DNA of 62,111 bases from an uncultured Anaerolineae bacterium (lineage in GTDB: Bacteria; Chloroflexota; Anaerolineae; JAFGEY01): assembly GCA_964560475.1 (NCBI GenBank), contig CAZLMZ010000002.1, positions 1-62,111 on the forward strand. The letters run 5' to 3'. The notes beneath the pieces were generated by a model that worked only from the letters and a program-made list of their open reading frames with translations, was not told the origin of the DNA and did not search any database. This document shows positions 29,275 to 38,417 of this stretch, in pieces. Each line of letters starts with the position of its first letter. The stretch's first letter is position 1. Position numbers and translations under genes: made by a program.

Positions 29275-32200
29275 CTACCCGCCGCCCACGAGCAGTTGCC
29301 TGATCTCGGTTGGTGTGCGAAGCTCTACGCCGCTCGTGCCCTCGGCGGGAACGTCGGAAACAGTGACCCGAACACGGGCCTTTTTTCCTGCCTTGATTGT
29401 CCAGTCTCGACGGTTCACGGCGATCCAGTCCTGCAGGGGTACTACTTCTACTCGCAGCGTACCTTCGCCTACGTTCTCGATCTCGAAAGTAGATTTTCCG
29501 GACTCGTCGATCTGCAGATCTTCGGTCGACACCTTGAGCCTCGGCGTGAGCTCGAGGGTCAGGGTGGCCTCAACCGACTCTGCGCCGGCATTGCTGGTGA
29601 CCTGCAATGCGTCGAGGGCGTGGTGGGTACCTTCGCGTAGTTCTTCCGGAACGGCCTCCACCTCGATAGGGGCCGACACCCCCGTCTGGCACAAAAACGA
29701 CATAGGGCGACACGTAAGCCAAGGGACTCGGGACTCGATGGTGCCCTCCAGGTTTCCTACGCCTCTGTTCGAGACGCGCAATACCTGGGAAGCCGGGGCA
29801 TGGTTCTCGCTGTGCAGCTCGAGCGAGAGCGGTTCGACCACCAGCATGGGTGAAGAGAGCGCCACGCTGGCGGGCAGGTCCACGCGCCCTCCGTTGCTGT
29901 GAACTGTCAGCCACGCCTGCCCGCTCTCGCTGCCCACTGCGAGCGCATAGGCGTTCACCTTTACTGTGGAGGTTTCGCCGGCTTTGCACGTCCCGGATGA
30001 TGGGATCACCTCGATCCAGGTTCCCTGGACCGTGATCTCCCATGCCAGCTCGCCCGTGCCGCGGTTCACGATCTCGAGTGGGACGCTTGCGATGTCTGTC
30101 CGGCCGATGAGGCCCAGATCCAGGCTGTGCCGCCCGATCCCCAGTTCTGGGCGCAGCAGGCGAGCGTGGATGCCGACGGCACGTTGCGCTCCAGCTCCCT
30201 CAATCTGGATCGCACTGCCCACGGCATAGTCGCCACCCGATTCGATCGCTTCCGTCCGCAGCATCACTGTGACCGGGATATAGTGTCCCGGCTCGCAACG
30301 TACGTGGGTGGGCTCTACGGCCAGCCACGGCAGGTCGGAGCGAACGGCGCCTTCCCAGGCCATGGAGCCCTGGTTGCCGACGACGATCGTCTCTTCGACC
30401 TGGTCCCCGTCATGCACATCGCCCAGATCTATGAACTCGGGCCGAATCACGAGCTGAGGCGCAAGAACCTCGACCGAGGCAGAGATGGTCTGGGTGCCTG
30501 CATTGGCCTCGATCGTGACCGCTGCTGGCTCTACTGTGCTCCCACCCGGCAACTCAGCCGTGTCACAAGCAATAGAGAGCGTGAGCGACTCACCGGGTGC
30601 GCAGACGAACTGAGCCGGGCGGACGCTTAACCACGGCACCTCGCTGCGACCGTGCGCCTCGAGGTCGGCCGTCCCGCTGTTCGACAGGATCAGCGTTCGT
30701 TCCACGCGCTCGCCTCGCTGCACCGAACCAAAATCGATGCCGGTCGAATCCAATTCGAGCGCGGGCCGCGCCCAGCTCCACTGCACGTCGAGCTGCACCT
30801 GCCCGCTATCGCTATCCACCGCTAGGGCACGCCGGATCCGCACAGCGCCCTTGGGCAGTTCGGCGCTGAGCAATTCGACCGCGATCTGAGCTGACGCCCC
30901 TGCAGGGCAACTGAACGCCGGGTGCCGTACCCGCAACCACGGCGCACGGCTGGTCACACGCCCGTTCAGGCGCCCCCCACCGATGTTGTGGACGATGAGC
31001 TCTCGCACGCGTGAGGCCCCGCGCGTTGTCGGCCCAAAGTCGAGCACGCGCTGCTCGACGCTCATCAATGGTGGAGAGGAGGATGCTGACGCGCCGATCC
31101 ACGCCTCGCCTCCATTGCTGGAGATCCGGATCGCCTGGGCTAGCGTCGAGTCACCCGTCGGCAGGCGGCGACCGAGAGCCTCTATCGGTACCTCAGAGGT
31201 CTGGCCGGCGCGGCAGCCGAACTCTGGCTCTGAAACCACGATCCACGGGACGCGGCTTTCCACGTGCCCGGCGAGATACCCCTGTCCCTTGTTGCGGACC
31301 TGGATCGCGGTCTTGGCCTTGATGTGGGCGGCGATGACTCCGAAGTCAAAACGGCCAGGCCGCGCATCGAGGCTAGGTTGGATGCCTATTGCGCCCAGAT
31401 CGTGCAGCCAGGAAGCGTATGCGGCATTGTGCACGATCTCGCGGGCAGCGGACGTGATTCCCGGGCGCGCTGTGCGGTGATCGATCTCTTCACGTGCGAG
31501 CAGCGTCCGCTTGGCAGACTGTTCCACGAGGGCTGCGTCGTCCTCTCGTCCCTCGGCATGCAGGGCCGCCGCACCCGCCGCCAGCCATTCCGTGATGCGA
31601 TCGGTCATGAGCGCGAGTAGCCCGTCGTCCCAGTGTGCTGTACAGAGCTGAGCCAACTCGGGCACGGTACTCGCCACCAGTCCTTCGGCAAGTTGGAAGA
31701 GAGGCAGACGCACCTCGGCTTCGCTCACGCTGCCAAGCAGCGCCTGGCGCATCTCTGCTGCCGAGCTGTAGCGCTTGTCTGGGTCGCGTCGCTGCGCTTG
31801 TCCCACCACGTCCACGAGTTCGTCCGAGAAGTCGTGCGCGTACTTGTGCAAGGGTGGCAGGGGGCGCCGGCGCGGGTCCTGCCGCGTCATGAGCTCGTAC
31901 AGGATCATGCCGAGCGCATAGATGTCCGAGTGCGGCGAGACCTGGCCCTCGCGCTGCTCCGGCGCGGCGTACCCACGGACGCCACGGGCTGGTCCAAGGA
32001 GATCGGACTGCTTGTACCGGATCAGGCCGACCTCGATCAACTGCAACTGCCCAGACTCGTCGACGTGGATCGATGCCGGCGAGAGGCAGCCGACGACGAG
32101 CGGCGGCTGCCTGTTGTGCAAATAGTCGAGCAGATCACACAACTGTCCAGCCCAGCGGAGCAATGTCTGCTCGGCGATGTCCTGCTGCCGGTCGCGGATG

Positions 32201-32610
32201 ATAGAGCGCAGCGAGATGCCCACGATCGGGTCCGTGATGAGATAGAGCCGATGATGCTGCACGTCGGCATCGAGGATCCGCAGGAGGTTCGGGTGCTGGC
32301 ATTCTTGCCAGGCGGCGGCCTTTTCGAGAAACCGGTACTCGACGCGATCGCGATCGTATGGCGCAAGGGAAGTTAGCGCTACCTGGTGCACGAGACAGGG
32401 CGCGTTCTTGTTGCGCGTGTCTACGGCGCGATAGATCGAGATGCTTCTGCCCACCTTGACCGGGCGCTGCACCACATATCGTGACCTGAGTCGTTGAGGT
32501 GGGCCGAACATCCCAGAGTAGAGGGCAAGCTCAAGCTCGGCTCCACAGACGGCGCACGTGCTTCTGCCTGGCTGGTTGGCAGCACCGCATTTTGGACAGA
32601 CTTCGGACAT
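29275..32610 (-). CDS. Zinc-ribbon + predicted pseudokinase (STK fold) + helical linker + seven Ig-like beta-sandwich repeats
   Basis: The N-terminus has CPKC..CAVC. The kinase fold is recognisable (HPNLLRILD, GYAAPEQ, DIYALGMILYEL), but the beta3 Lys, HRD Asp, catalytic Asn and DFG Asp positions read CLVHQV, VVGCLSPAS and EVG. The C-terminal 702 aa form seven ~102-aa repeats, each with a ..PW[LI].V.P..F.C..G.. core. Confidence 0.8.
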   Translation of the reverse strand: MSEVCPKCGAANQPGRSTCAVCGAELELALYSGMFGPPQRLRSRYVVQRPVKVGRSISIYRAVDTRNKNAPCLVHQVALTSLAPYDRDRVEYRFLEKAAAWQECQHPNLLRILDADVQHHRLYLITDPIVGISLRSIIRDRQQDIAEQTLLRWAGQLCDLLDYLHNRQPPLVVGCLSPASIHVDESGQLQLIEVGLIRYKQSDLLGPARGVRGYAAPEQREGQVSPHSDIYALGMILYELMTRQDPRRRPLPPLHKYAHDFSDELVDVVGQAQRRDPDKRYSSAAEMRQALLGSVSEAEVRLPLFQLAEGLVASTVPELAQLCTAHWDDGLLALMTDRITEWLAAGAAALHAEGREDDAALVEQSAKRTLLAREEIDHRTARPGITSAAREIVHNAAYASWLHDLGAIGIQPSLDARPGRFDFGVIAAHIKAKTAIQVRNKGQGYLAGHVESRVPWIVVSEPEFGCRAGQTSEVPIEALGRRLPTGDSTLAQAIRISSNGGEAWIGASASSSPPLMSVEQRVLDFGPTTRGASRVRELIVHNIGGGRLNGRVTSRAPWLRVRHPAFSCPAGASAQIAVELLSAELPKGAVRIRRALAVDSDSGQVQLDVQWSWARPALELDSTGIDFGSVQRGERVERTLILSNSGTADLEAHGRSEVPWLSVRPAQFVCAPGESLTLSIACDTAELPGGSTVEPAAVTIEANAGTQTISASVEVLAPQLVIRPEFIDLGDVHDGDQVEETIVVGNQGSMAWEGAVRSDLPWLAVEPTHVRCEPGHYIPVTVMLRTEAIESGGDYAVGSAIQIEGAGAQRAVGIHARLLRPELGIGRHSLDLGLIGRTDIASVPLEIVNRGTGELAWEITVQGTWIEVIPSSGTCKAGETSTVKVNAYALAVGSESGQAWLTVHSNGGRVDLPASVALSSPMLVVEPLSLELHSENHAPASQVLRVSNRGVGNLEGTIESRVPWLTCRPMSFLCQTGVSAPIEVEAVPEELREGTHHALDALQVTSNAGAESVEATLTLELTPRLKVSTEDLQIDESGKSTFEIENVGEGTLRVEVVPLQDWIAVNRRDWTIKAGKKARVRVTVSDVPAEGTSGVELRTPTEIRQLLVGGG
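29278..31383 (-). repeat. Seven tandem protein-level repeats (~100-103 aa, last one 89 aa) inside the pseudokinase gene
   Basis: Units counted by hand: 103, 102, 103, 103, 100, 102 and 89 aa. Recurring cores are SRVPWIVVSEPEFGCRAGQ, SRAPWLRVRHPAFSCPAGA, SEVPWLSVRPAQFVCAPGE, SDLPWLAVEPTHVRCEPGH, GTWIEVIPSSGTCKAGE, SRVPWLTCRPMSFLCQTGV and LQDWIAVNRRDWTIKAGK. Confidence 0.8.
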
Positions 32611-32656
32611 TGGCTAGCTTTCTTGGAGGTAACGCGTATTTCGAGCCGCGGTTCTC

Positions 32657-32685
32657 ATTCTACAGTCGATCGGGCATCCTGTCAA
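32657..32685 (-). promoter_or_regulatory. Promoter for the pseudokinase gene (TTGACA-17-TAGAAT)
   Basis: Minus strand reads TTGACAggatgcccgatcgactgTAGAAT. The -35 overlaps the 3' end of tlyA. Confidence 0.6.
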
Positions 32686-33476
32686 TCGCCGAGCGCAGAG
32701 GCGATGGCCCGATCGGGGTCGAGGGTGGCCGGCGGTGGCGTGAGTTTGAACCAGGCCAGAAACTCAATATTGCCTGCTGGTCCTTGCAGTGGAGAGCGGG
32801 TCAGTCCCCAGACAAAGAGGCCGTTGGCCTGTGCCCAGCTCAGCAGTTCATCGAGTACTTGGCGATGCACGGCCGGATCGCGCACCACGCCTCCCTTGCC
32901 CACCTGGCGCCTGCCAGCTTCGAACTGCGGCTTGATCAGGGGGACGATGGTGCCGTCGGGCTTGAGCCAGTCGCGGACGCGTGGCAAGATGAGCTTGAGG
33001 GAGATAAAGGACGCGTCGATGCTGGCGAAATCGACCGGCTCGGGCAGCGCCGCCAGGTAGCGGGCGTTCGTGCGTTCCATCACCACCACCCGCGGATCCT
33101 GGCGAAGCTTCCAGGCAAGTTGGCCATAGCCGACGTCGATGGCGTAGACGCGGTGCGCGCCACGCTGCAGCAGGCAGTCTGTGAACCCGCCCGTCGACGC
33201 TCCTACGTCGGCGGCGACCAGACCGTCGACGACCAGGCCAAAGGCCTCCAGCGCGGCCTCTAGCTTGAGCCCACCTCGGCTCACGTAGGGCAATCCCTGC
33301 TCCACGACGATGTCAGCGTCCGTTCGGACCCGGGTCCCGGGCTTGACGACCTTTTCGCCGTCGACCGACACCTCGTTCGCCATGATCAGGCGCTGGGCAC
33401 GCGCGCGGCTCTCGGCAAGGCCGCGCTGGACCAGCAATAGATCGAGGCGCTGCTTGGGGACACGTGCGGCGGACAC
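32682..33476 (-). CDS. tlyA: TlyA-family rRNA 2'-O-methyltransferase (hemolysin A family)
   Basis: S4-like [22 protein letters not shown] and SAM motif [18 protein letters not shown]. Start at GTG 33476 after AAGGAG; the ORF extends to 33578. Confidence 0.85.
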   Translation of the reverse strand: MSAARVPKQRLDLLLVQRGLAESRARAQRLIMANEVSVDGEKVVKPGTRVRTDADIVVEQGLPYVSRGGLKLEAALEAFGLVVDGLVAADVGASTGGFTDCLLQRGAHRVYAIDVGYGQLAWKLRQDPRVVVMERTNARYLAALPEPVDFASIDASFISLKLILPRVRDWLKPDGTIVPLIKPQFEAGRRQVGKGGVVRDPAVHRQVLDELLSWAQANGLFVWGLTRSPLQGPAGNIEFLAWFKLTPPPATLDPDRAIASALGD

Positions 33477-33582
33477 AGAGCACTCCTTGGTACCGCGCTC
33501 CGCCCGCCTTGACCCGCAGGGGAGACTGCGATGTATGGACGACGGCTGCAGTATAGCATGGGGCATCATCACCCGCAACTTT

Positions 33583-33612
33583 TTGCAGCGTTGGCTGATC
33601 CTGTGCTATACT
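33583..33612 (+). promoter_or_regulatory. Promoter for dehydrogenase / radical SAM / OB-fold block (TTGCAG-18-TATACT)
   Basis: ttgcagcgttggctgatcctgtgctatact, ~28 nt upstream of ATG 33641. Confidence 0.55.
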
Positions 33613-33640
33613 GTGACCATCTGCATGAGGGAGGATATAT

Positions 33641-34678
33641 ATGAAGGCAGCACGACTATATGGTCCGCGCGACATGCGCGTCGACGATGTCCCTGTACCA
33701 ACGCCAGCACCCGGGCAGGTACTGCTGCAGGTCCTGTCGGTGGGCGTATGTGGTTCTGGTGTGCACTATTACATTGACGGCGGGATCGGCGACGACAAGG
33801 TGACAGAGCCTTTTGTCATCGGCCACGAGTTCTCGGCCCGTATCGCAGCGTTGGGCCCAGGAGTGGAGGGGCCGCCCGTTGGGACGCGTGTCGCCGTCGA
33901 GCCGGCCATCGCGTGTGGCAAGTGCGAGCTCTGTGAAGAGGGGCACCCAAACCTGTGCGAGAACATTCTCTTTTGCAGCACGCCGCCCACGCCAGGGGCG
34001 CTGCAAGAGTACATAGTGCACCCTGCGGAGTTGTGCTTTCCGCTGCCTGATGGCGTAAGCAATGACCAGGGGGCGATGTTGGAGCCGCTAGGCATTGCAC
34101 TGCACGCTGTGCGCCTAGCCAAGCTTCGACCTGGCGACACGGTCGCGGTCCTGGGGAGCGGCCCTGTCGGCTTGCTCACGCTGCAGGTGGCGCTCATCTC
34201 GGGCGCGCGCGCAGCGTGGGCCACGGACCTGATTCCGGAACGGTTGGCCATGGCAGAACAGCTCGGCGCCGAGGGTACGCTCAGGGCCGACAAGGCGGAT
34301 CCGGTGGCCTGGATCATGGAGCAAACCGGGGGCCGAGGCGTCGACGTGGCATTTGAGGCAGCATGGGCGGAGGAGACGGTCGCTCAGGCTGCCTACATGG
34401 TACGCAAGGGCGCCAAATTGCTCATGATTGGGATCCCTCGCGAGGATCAGGCCCTCTTTCCAGGGCACACTGTGCGCCGCAAAGGCCTCACGATCAAGTA
34501 CGTGCGGCGGATGAAGCACACCTATCCGCGCGCCATCGCCATGGTCAACGACGGCCTGATTGATGTGGACAGCCTCGTGACGCACCACTACCCGCTCGAG
34601 CGAGTGGCAGAGGCGTACGATCTCGTCGCTTCGCGGGAGGACGGTGTGATGAAGGTGATCGTCGAGGTCGGGAAGTGA
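33641..34678 (+). CDS. Zinc-dependent medium-chain dehydrogenase (sorbitol/threonine dehydrogenase-like)
   Basis: GHEFSARI, structural zinc CGKCELCEEGHPNLC, Rossmann motif VLGSGPVGL. Confidence 0.85.
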   Translation: MKAARLYGPRDMRVDDVPVPTPAPGQVLLQVLSVGVCGSGVHYYIDGGIGDDKVTEPFVIGHEFSARIAALGPGVEGPPVGTRVAVEPAIACGKCELCEEGHPNLCENILFCSTPPTPGALQEYIVHPAELCFPLPDGVSNDQGAMLEPLGIALHAVRLAKLRPGDTVAVLGSGPVGLLTLQVALISGARAAWATDLIPERLAMAEQLGAEGTLRADKADPVAWIMEQTGGRGVDVAFEAAWAEETVAQAAYMVRKGAKLLMIGIPREDQALFPGHTVRRKGLTIKYVRRMKHTYPRAIAMVNDGLIDVDSLVTHHYPLERVAEAYDLVASREDGVMKVIVEVGK

Positions 34679-35634
34679 TGTCTGTGCAGCTCCCCGGCTA
34701 CCTTGCGCTCTATCGGAGCGGGGAGCTCGAACGGCGTACGGAAGAGGCGTGGCGTTCGCTGTCGCACTGCGAGCTGTGCCCGCACCGCTGCGGCGTCGAT
34801 CGGCTGCACGGCGACCGAGGGCGCTGCCGTTCGCCAGCTATGCCTGTGGTAGCCAGCGCAAACCTGCATGCGTGGGAAGAGCCGCCGATCAGCGGCGCGC
34901 GCGGCTCGGGGACGATCTTTTTCAGCGGGTGCACGGGGCGCTGTCGCTTTTGCCAGAATTATCCGATCAGCCAGCTTGGTGTCGGGAGAGAGGTAAGCCT
35001 GGAGCAGTTGGCACAGATGATGGTCAGACTCCAGGACCGAGGCGCCCACAACATCAATTTCGTGACGCCGACGCACTATGTGGCAGCGATCCTTGCTGCG
35101 CTTCCGATCGCGGTCGAGCGTGGCCTCTGCATTCCGCTGCTCTACAACAGCAGCGGGTTCGAGCGAGTAGATACGCTCCGGTTGCTGGAGGGCGTGATCG
35201 ATATCTGGCTGCCAGATGCCAAGTATGCGAGCGAGAAGGTTGGGCGCTCGCTCTCTGGCTTTCCGGACTATCCGTCGCACAACCAACTGGCGCTGCGCGA
35301 GATGGTTCGCCAGGTTGGCGATCGCCTGGAGAGGGACCGGGAGGGCATTGCGCGGCGCGGGATGATCGTCCGGCACATGGTGCTGCCGCACGGGCTGGCC
35401 GGCAGCCGCGAGGTCTTGATCTGGATCGCGGCAAACCTGTCTCCGGAGGTGCACGTCAGCCTGATGTCGCAGTATTTCCCGGCGTATCGGTGCGTCAACG
35501 ACGATACCCTGGGGCGCAAGGTCACGGCTGAGGAATACGAGGAAGCGATCGCTGCCCTGGACGAGGCTGGGCTCGTGAACGGCTGGATCCAGGAGCAGGA
35601 CGAATGGGAAGTGGACGCGGAAACGGTCTTCTGA
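34678..35634 (+). CDS. Radical SAM protein (PflX-type putative activating enzyme)
   Basis: CxxxCxxC cluster GCTGRCRFCQN preceded by CELCPHRC. The start overlaps the dehydrogenase stop (GTGATG). Confidence 0.8.
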   Translation: MSVQLPGYLALYRSGELERRTEEAWRSLSHCELCPHRCGVDRLHGDRGRCRSPAMPVVASANLHAWEEPPISGARGSGTIFFSGCTGRCRFCQNYPISQLGVGREVSLEQLAQMMVRLQDRGAHNINFVTPTHYVAAILAALPIAVERGLCIPLLYNSSGFERVDTLRLLEGVIDIWLPDAKYASEKVGRSLSGFPDYPSHNQLALREMVRQVGDRLERDREGIARRGMIVRHMVLPHGLAGSREVLIWIAANLSPEVHVSLMSQYFPAYRCVNDDTLGRKVTAEEYEEAIAALDEAGLVNGWIQEQDEWEVDAETVF

Positions 35635-35678
35635 GGGCCACGCGGGTGGCCCCAGAGCGCGCGATGTGAGCGTGTGGG

Positions 35679-37844
35679 GTGCTCGTGTCCCAGCATAGTA
35701 CTGTCGATCCGGCATCGGGTGCGCGCTGCCCTAGCTGTGGGCGGCCAATGGCGGCACAGCGACACTGCCCGCACTGCGGAGCAGAGACGTACAGGCGCTT
35801 GAGCCTGCGGGCAGTACGCTATGTCTCGTTGCTCACTGCGTTGGCCGGTACCGCGCTCGTGTGGATAGTTGCGCGGGGCACCGATGTGCTCACCGTCCGG
35901 GTCGCTGACATCGGCAGCGACATGGATTGGGCGTACGTCAGGATGCTCGGAGTCATCACTAGGCACCCATCGTACGATCCATCATCCGGGCAGTTTGCCT
36001 TCTGGCTCGACGATGGCACGGGTGAGATCAGAGCGGTGGCATACCGGCCAGTGAGCGATCGCCTGGTCGAGGCGCCACAGGTTCCAGTGTTGGGGGATAG
36101 GGTGGGTGTCGAGGGGACGCTTCGGTTCCGCACTGATTTCAGCCAGCTTGTTATCTCGCTGCCGTCTGCCCTGCAGATCGAGCGCCCTGTACCGGTTGTC
36201 TCTGCCATTGCCGAGCTGACCGAGGAGCATCTGTACCGGCGGATATGCCTGCGCGGGCAGGTGCGGAGCGTGCGCGTTCCGTATGAGGGGCTGGTCGTCT
36301 TGTTGCTCCGTGATCGGACGGGCCAGATGGATGTGGTGGCGGATCGAGCGTTCGCCGCTGTACACAGTGCGGTGCTGTCGCTCGAGCCTGGGGATCAGGT
36401 CGAGTTGTGCGGTGCAGTAGCCAGCTACCAGGACGAGCTGCAGCTCGCTCTGGATGCCACTGCAACCATCGAGCGCCTCCCTGTGCCGGTGGAGGTCGCG
36501 CCGCACAGGCGGATTGCCGAGATCGAGCGCCAGGACCTGGGCCAGCTAGTGCGGCTCCAGGCAGAGATCGTTGCAGTGACGTCTCTGCAGTCGGGGCTGA
36601 AGCTGTTGGTCGACGATGGCAGTGGCAGGTTGGTCGTCATTCTGTGGCAGGACGTCATCGCCGAGCGAGAGGACGTTGGGCACCTGGAGGAGGGGGCACT
36701 GCTGGACGTCTATGGGCGCGTAGCCGAGTATCGCGGGCAGTTGGAGGTCGTGCCAGAGATTCCAGGCGACTTGGTTCGGGTGGGTCAAGCCACGGAGGCA
36801 GTGCCGCTGCTGCGTCTCGGCCAGATCGACAGGACGCATCTGGGCGAGACAGTGAGGGTGAAGGCGCAGATCGTGTACAGCGTTCCCTCTCCATCGGGAG
36901 TTCGCTTTCGGCTGCGCGACGAGGGCGCGGAGGGCTATCTGTTGGCGTGGAGCGGTTGGCTCGAGGCGTGCCCGGCTGCGGCGCAACTCGTGCCAGGCGC
37001 CTGGGTCTCGGTGAGCGGCACCGTCAACCTGTACGAAGGCACGATCGAGCTCGTGCCGCAGCACGCCGATGACGTGGTCGTGACCGGGGTGGAGGTGCTC
37101 GCGCAAGCAGAGCCGACGGCGTCGGTGAAAGAGCCGGCGCTGGTAGTCACGAGCACCCAAGCGGTGCCTACGCAGACGTCTGCTGGGGCAGAGACGCCTG
37201 CCAGGGCAGAGACGCCTGCCAGAGCAGAGACGCCTGCTCTGCCAGCACAGACTGTCCTCCAGACAGGCGCCGTCTTGCCGGGTTTGTCTGGGAGGCAGGT
37301 GACGATCGAGGGCACGCTGACCGATCTCGTCCTGTACGATTCGGGCCAGCGGTGCCTGGTTGACGATGGGTCGGGTTCGCTGGCGCTGTGGCTGCCCAAG
37401 GAGCCGTTTGCAGCAGCCTATGGCGACGCAAGCTGGCAGTTTGGTAGCGTCGTGCGCGCGACAGGGCTGGTCGAGATGTACAAAGAAGCGGTTGAGCTGG
37501 TGCCCGGGGTGCTGAGCGACGTAAGAGTGGTGCGGATGGCGCCGCCACAGGCCACGCCGCCGACGCGTATGGGCGACCTTCGCGAGAAGCACGTCGGGCA
37601 GCGGATCGTGGTTGAGGGCCAAGTCATCGAGGTGTGGCCGTTTTCACAAGGGACCAAGTACCTGCTCGATGATGGGAGTGGGCGGCTAACCCTGCTGCTC
37701 TGGCAGAGCGTGCTCGATGATTTTCCCGGACGAGACTGCCTCGCTCTCGACACCACTGTACGGGCCGCCGGCAGGGTGAGCGCCTACCAGGGCGCTCTCG
37801 AGCTCGCGCCCGGCGTTGGACGGGATGTGGTGTGCCTACCATAG
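35679..37844 (+). CDS. Membrane-anchored protein: N-terminal zinc ribbon, one TM, six tandem OB-fold (tRNA_anti-like) domains
   Basis: CPSCG...CPHCG, then TM YVSLLTALAGTALVWIVA. Six units each carry a core like LLVDDGSGRLVVILWQ / YLLDDGSGRLTLLLWQ / FWLDDGTGEIRAVAY and end in Y.g.lEl.P. Confidence 0.7.
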   Translation: MLVSQHSTVDPASGARCPSCGRPMAAQRHCPHCGAETYRRLSLRAVRYVSLLTALAGTALVWIVARGTDVLTVRVADIGSDMDWAYVRMLGVITRHPSYDPSSGQFAFWLDDGTGEIRAVAYRPVSDRLVEAPQVPVLGDRVGVEGTLRFRTDFSQLVISLPSALQIERPVPVVSAIAELTEEHLYRRICLRGQVRSVRVPYEGLVVLLLRDRTGQMDVVADRAFAAVHSAVLSLEPGDQVELCGAVASYQDELQLALDATATIERLPVPVEVAPHRRIAEIERQDLGQLVRLQAEIVAVTSLQSGLKLLVDDGSGRLVVILWQDVIAEREDVGHLEEGALLDVYGRVAEYRGQLEVVPEIPGDLVRVGQATEAVPLLRLGQIDRTHLGETVRVKAQIVYSVPSPSGVRFRLRDEGAEGYLLAWSGWLEACPAAAQLVPGAWVSVSGTVNLYEGTIELVPQHADDVVVTGVEVLAQAEPTASVKEPALVVTSTQAVPTQTSAGAETPARAETPARAETPALPAQTVLQTGAVLPGLSGRQVTIEGTLTDLVLYDSGQRCLVDDGSGSLALWLPKEPFAAAYGDASWQFGSVVRATGLVEMYKEAVELVPGVLSDVRVVRMAPPQATPPTRMGDLREKHVGQRIVVEGQVIEVWPFSQGTKYLLDDGSGRLTLLLWQSVLDDFPGRDCLALDTTVRAAGRVSAYQGALELAPGVGRDVVCLP
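37188..37241 (+). repeat. Three tandem 18-nt units (GCAGAGACGCCTGCCAGG) encoding AETPAR in the linker of the OB-fold protein
   Basis: Direct reading: gcagagacgcctgccagg / gcagagacgcctgccaga / gcagagacgcctgctctg. Confidence 0.9.
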
Positions 37845-37904
37845 CGTGTGGGCAGCAGCGGAGGCGCGGGCTTGCTTGCAGAGGATACGGGAGAGGACAG
37901 AGAG

Positions 37905-38381
37905 ATGAACAGGTACCCGCGATGGTGGCTGCTCTTGATCCCGATCGCCGGGGTGGTGCTTTTTGTCATCTGGTGGCGGCGCTGCCAGGCGCAGCGCGAA
38001 CGCGCTGCCAATACGCCGGTCGAGTTCACGATCCCGATCGATGACAACGAGACCGAGGTGACGACCCACTTTTCGAGGCACGAGGGTGAGGCCGATGCAG
38101 AAACGCCGGCAGCCCCGTGCGAGGAGAATACGCCCGACGATATGACCGAGATCGAGGGCATTGGTCCCAAGATCAGCAGAGTGTTGGCGGAGGAGGGAAT
38201 CACGACCTTCGCTCAACTGGCTGCAACCGAGGTAGGTGAGCTGGAACGAATCCTACGGGCGGCAGGGATCCGTCTGGCCTATCCGGAGACGTGGCCCGAG
38301 CAAGCGGAACTGGCCGCCCAGGGGCAATGGGAGTTGCTCGCCGCACTGCAGGCTCAGCTATACAGGGGGAGGCGCATCTAG
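37905..38381 (+). CDS. Membrane-anchored helix-hairpin-helix domain protein
   Basis: TM WWLLLIPIAGVVLFVIWW, an acidic linker, then DDMTEIEGIGPKISRVLAEEGITTFAQLAA (HhH). ATG 37905 within ORF 37848..38381. Confidence 0.65.
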   Translation: MNRYPRWWLLLIPIAGVVLFVIWWRRCQAQRERAANTPVEFTIPIDDNETEVTTHFSRHEGEADAETPAAPCEENTPDDMTEIEGIGPKISRVLAEEGITTFAQLAATEVGELERILRAAGIRLAYPETWPEQAELAAQGQWELLAALQAQLYRGRRI

Positions 38382-38417
38382 GGCGCGCCAACCATCATTC
38401 ACACAGTAAGGAGGCTC

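Noticed and set aside
34588-35715. 375-aa minus-strand ORF; similarly 15780..17021 (+) and 36546..37622 (-)
   Set aside because: They are antisense shadows of the radical SAM, PEP-binding and OB-fold genes, with no recognisable motifs and biased Arg/Pro content.
37188-37241. Possible CRISPR-like or regulatory repeat
   Set aside because: The units are contiguous without spacers, in frame, and encode an AETPAR linker. No cas genes are present in the window.
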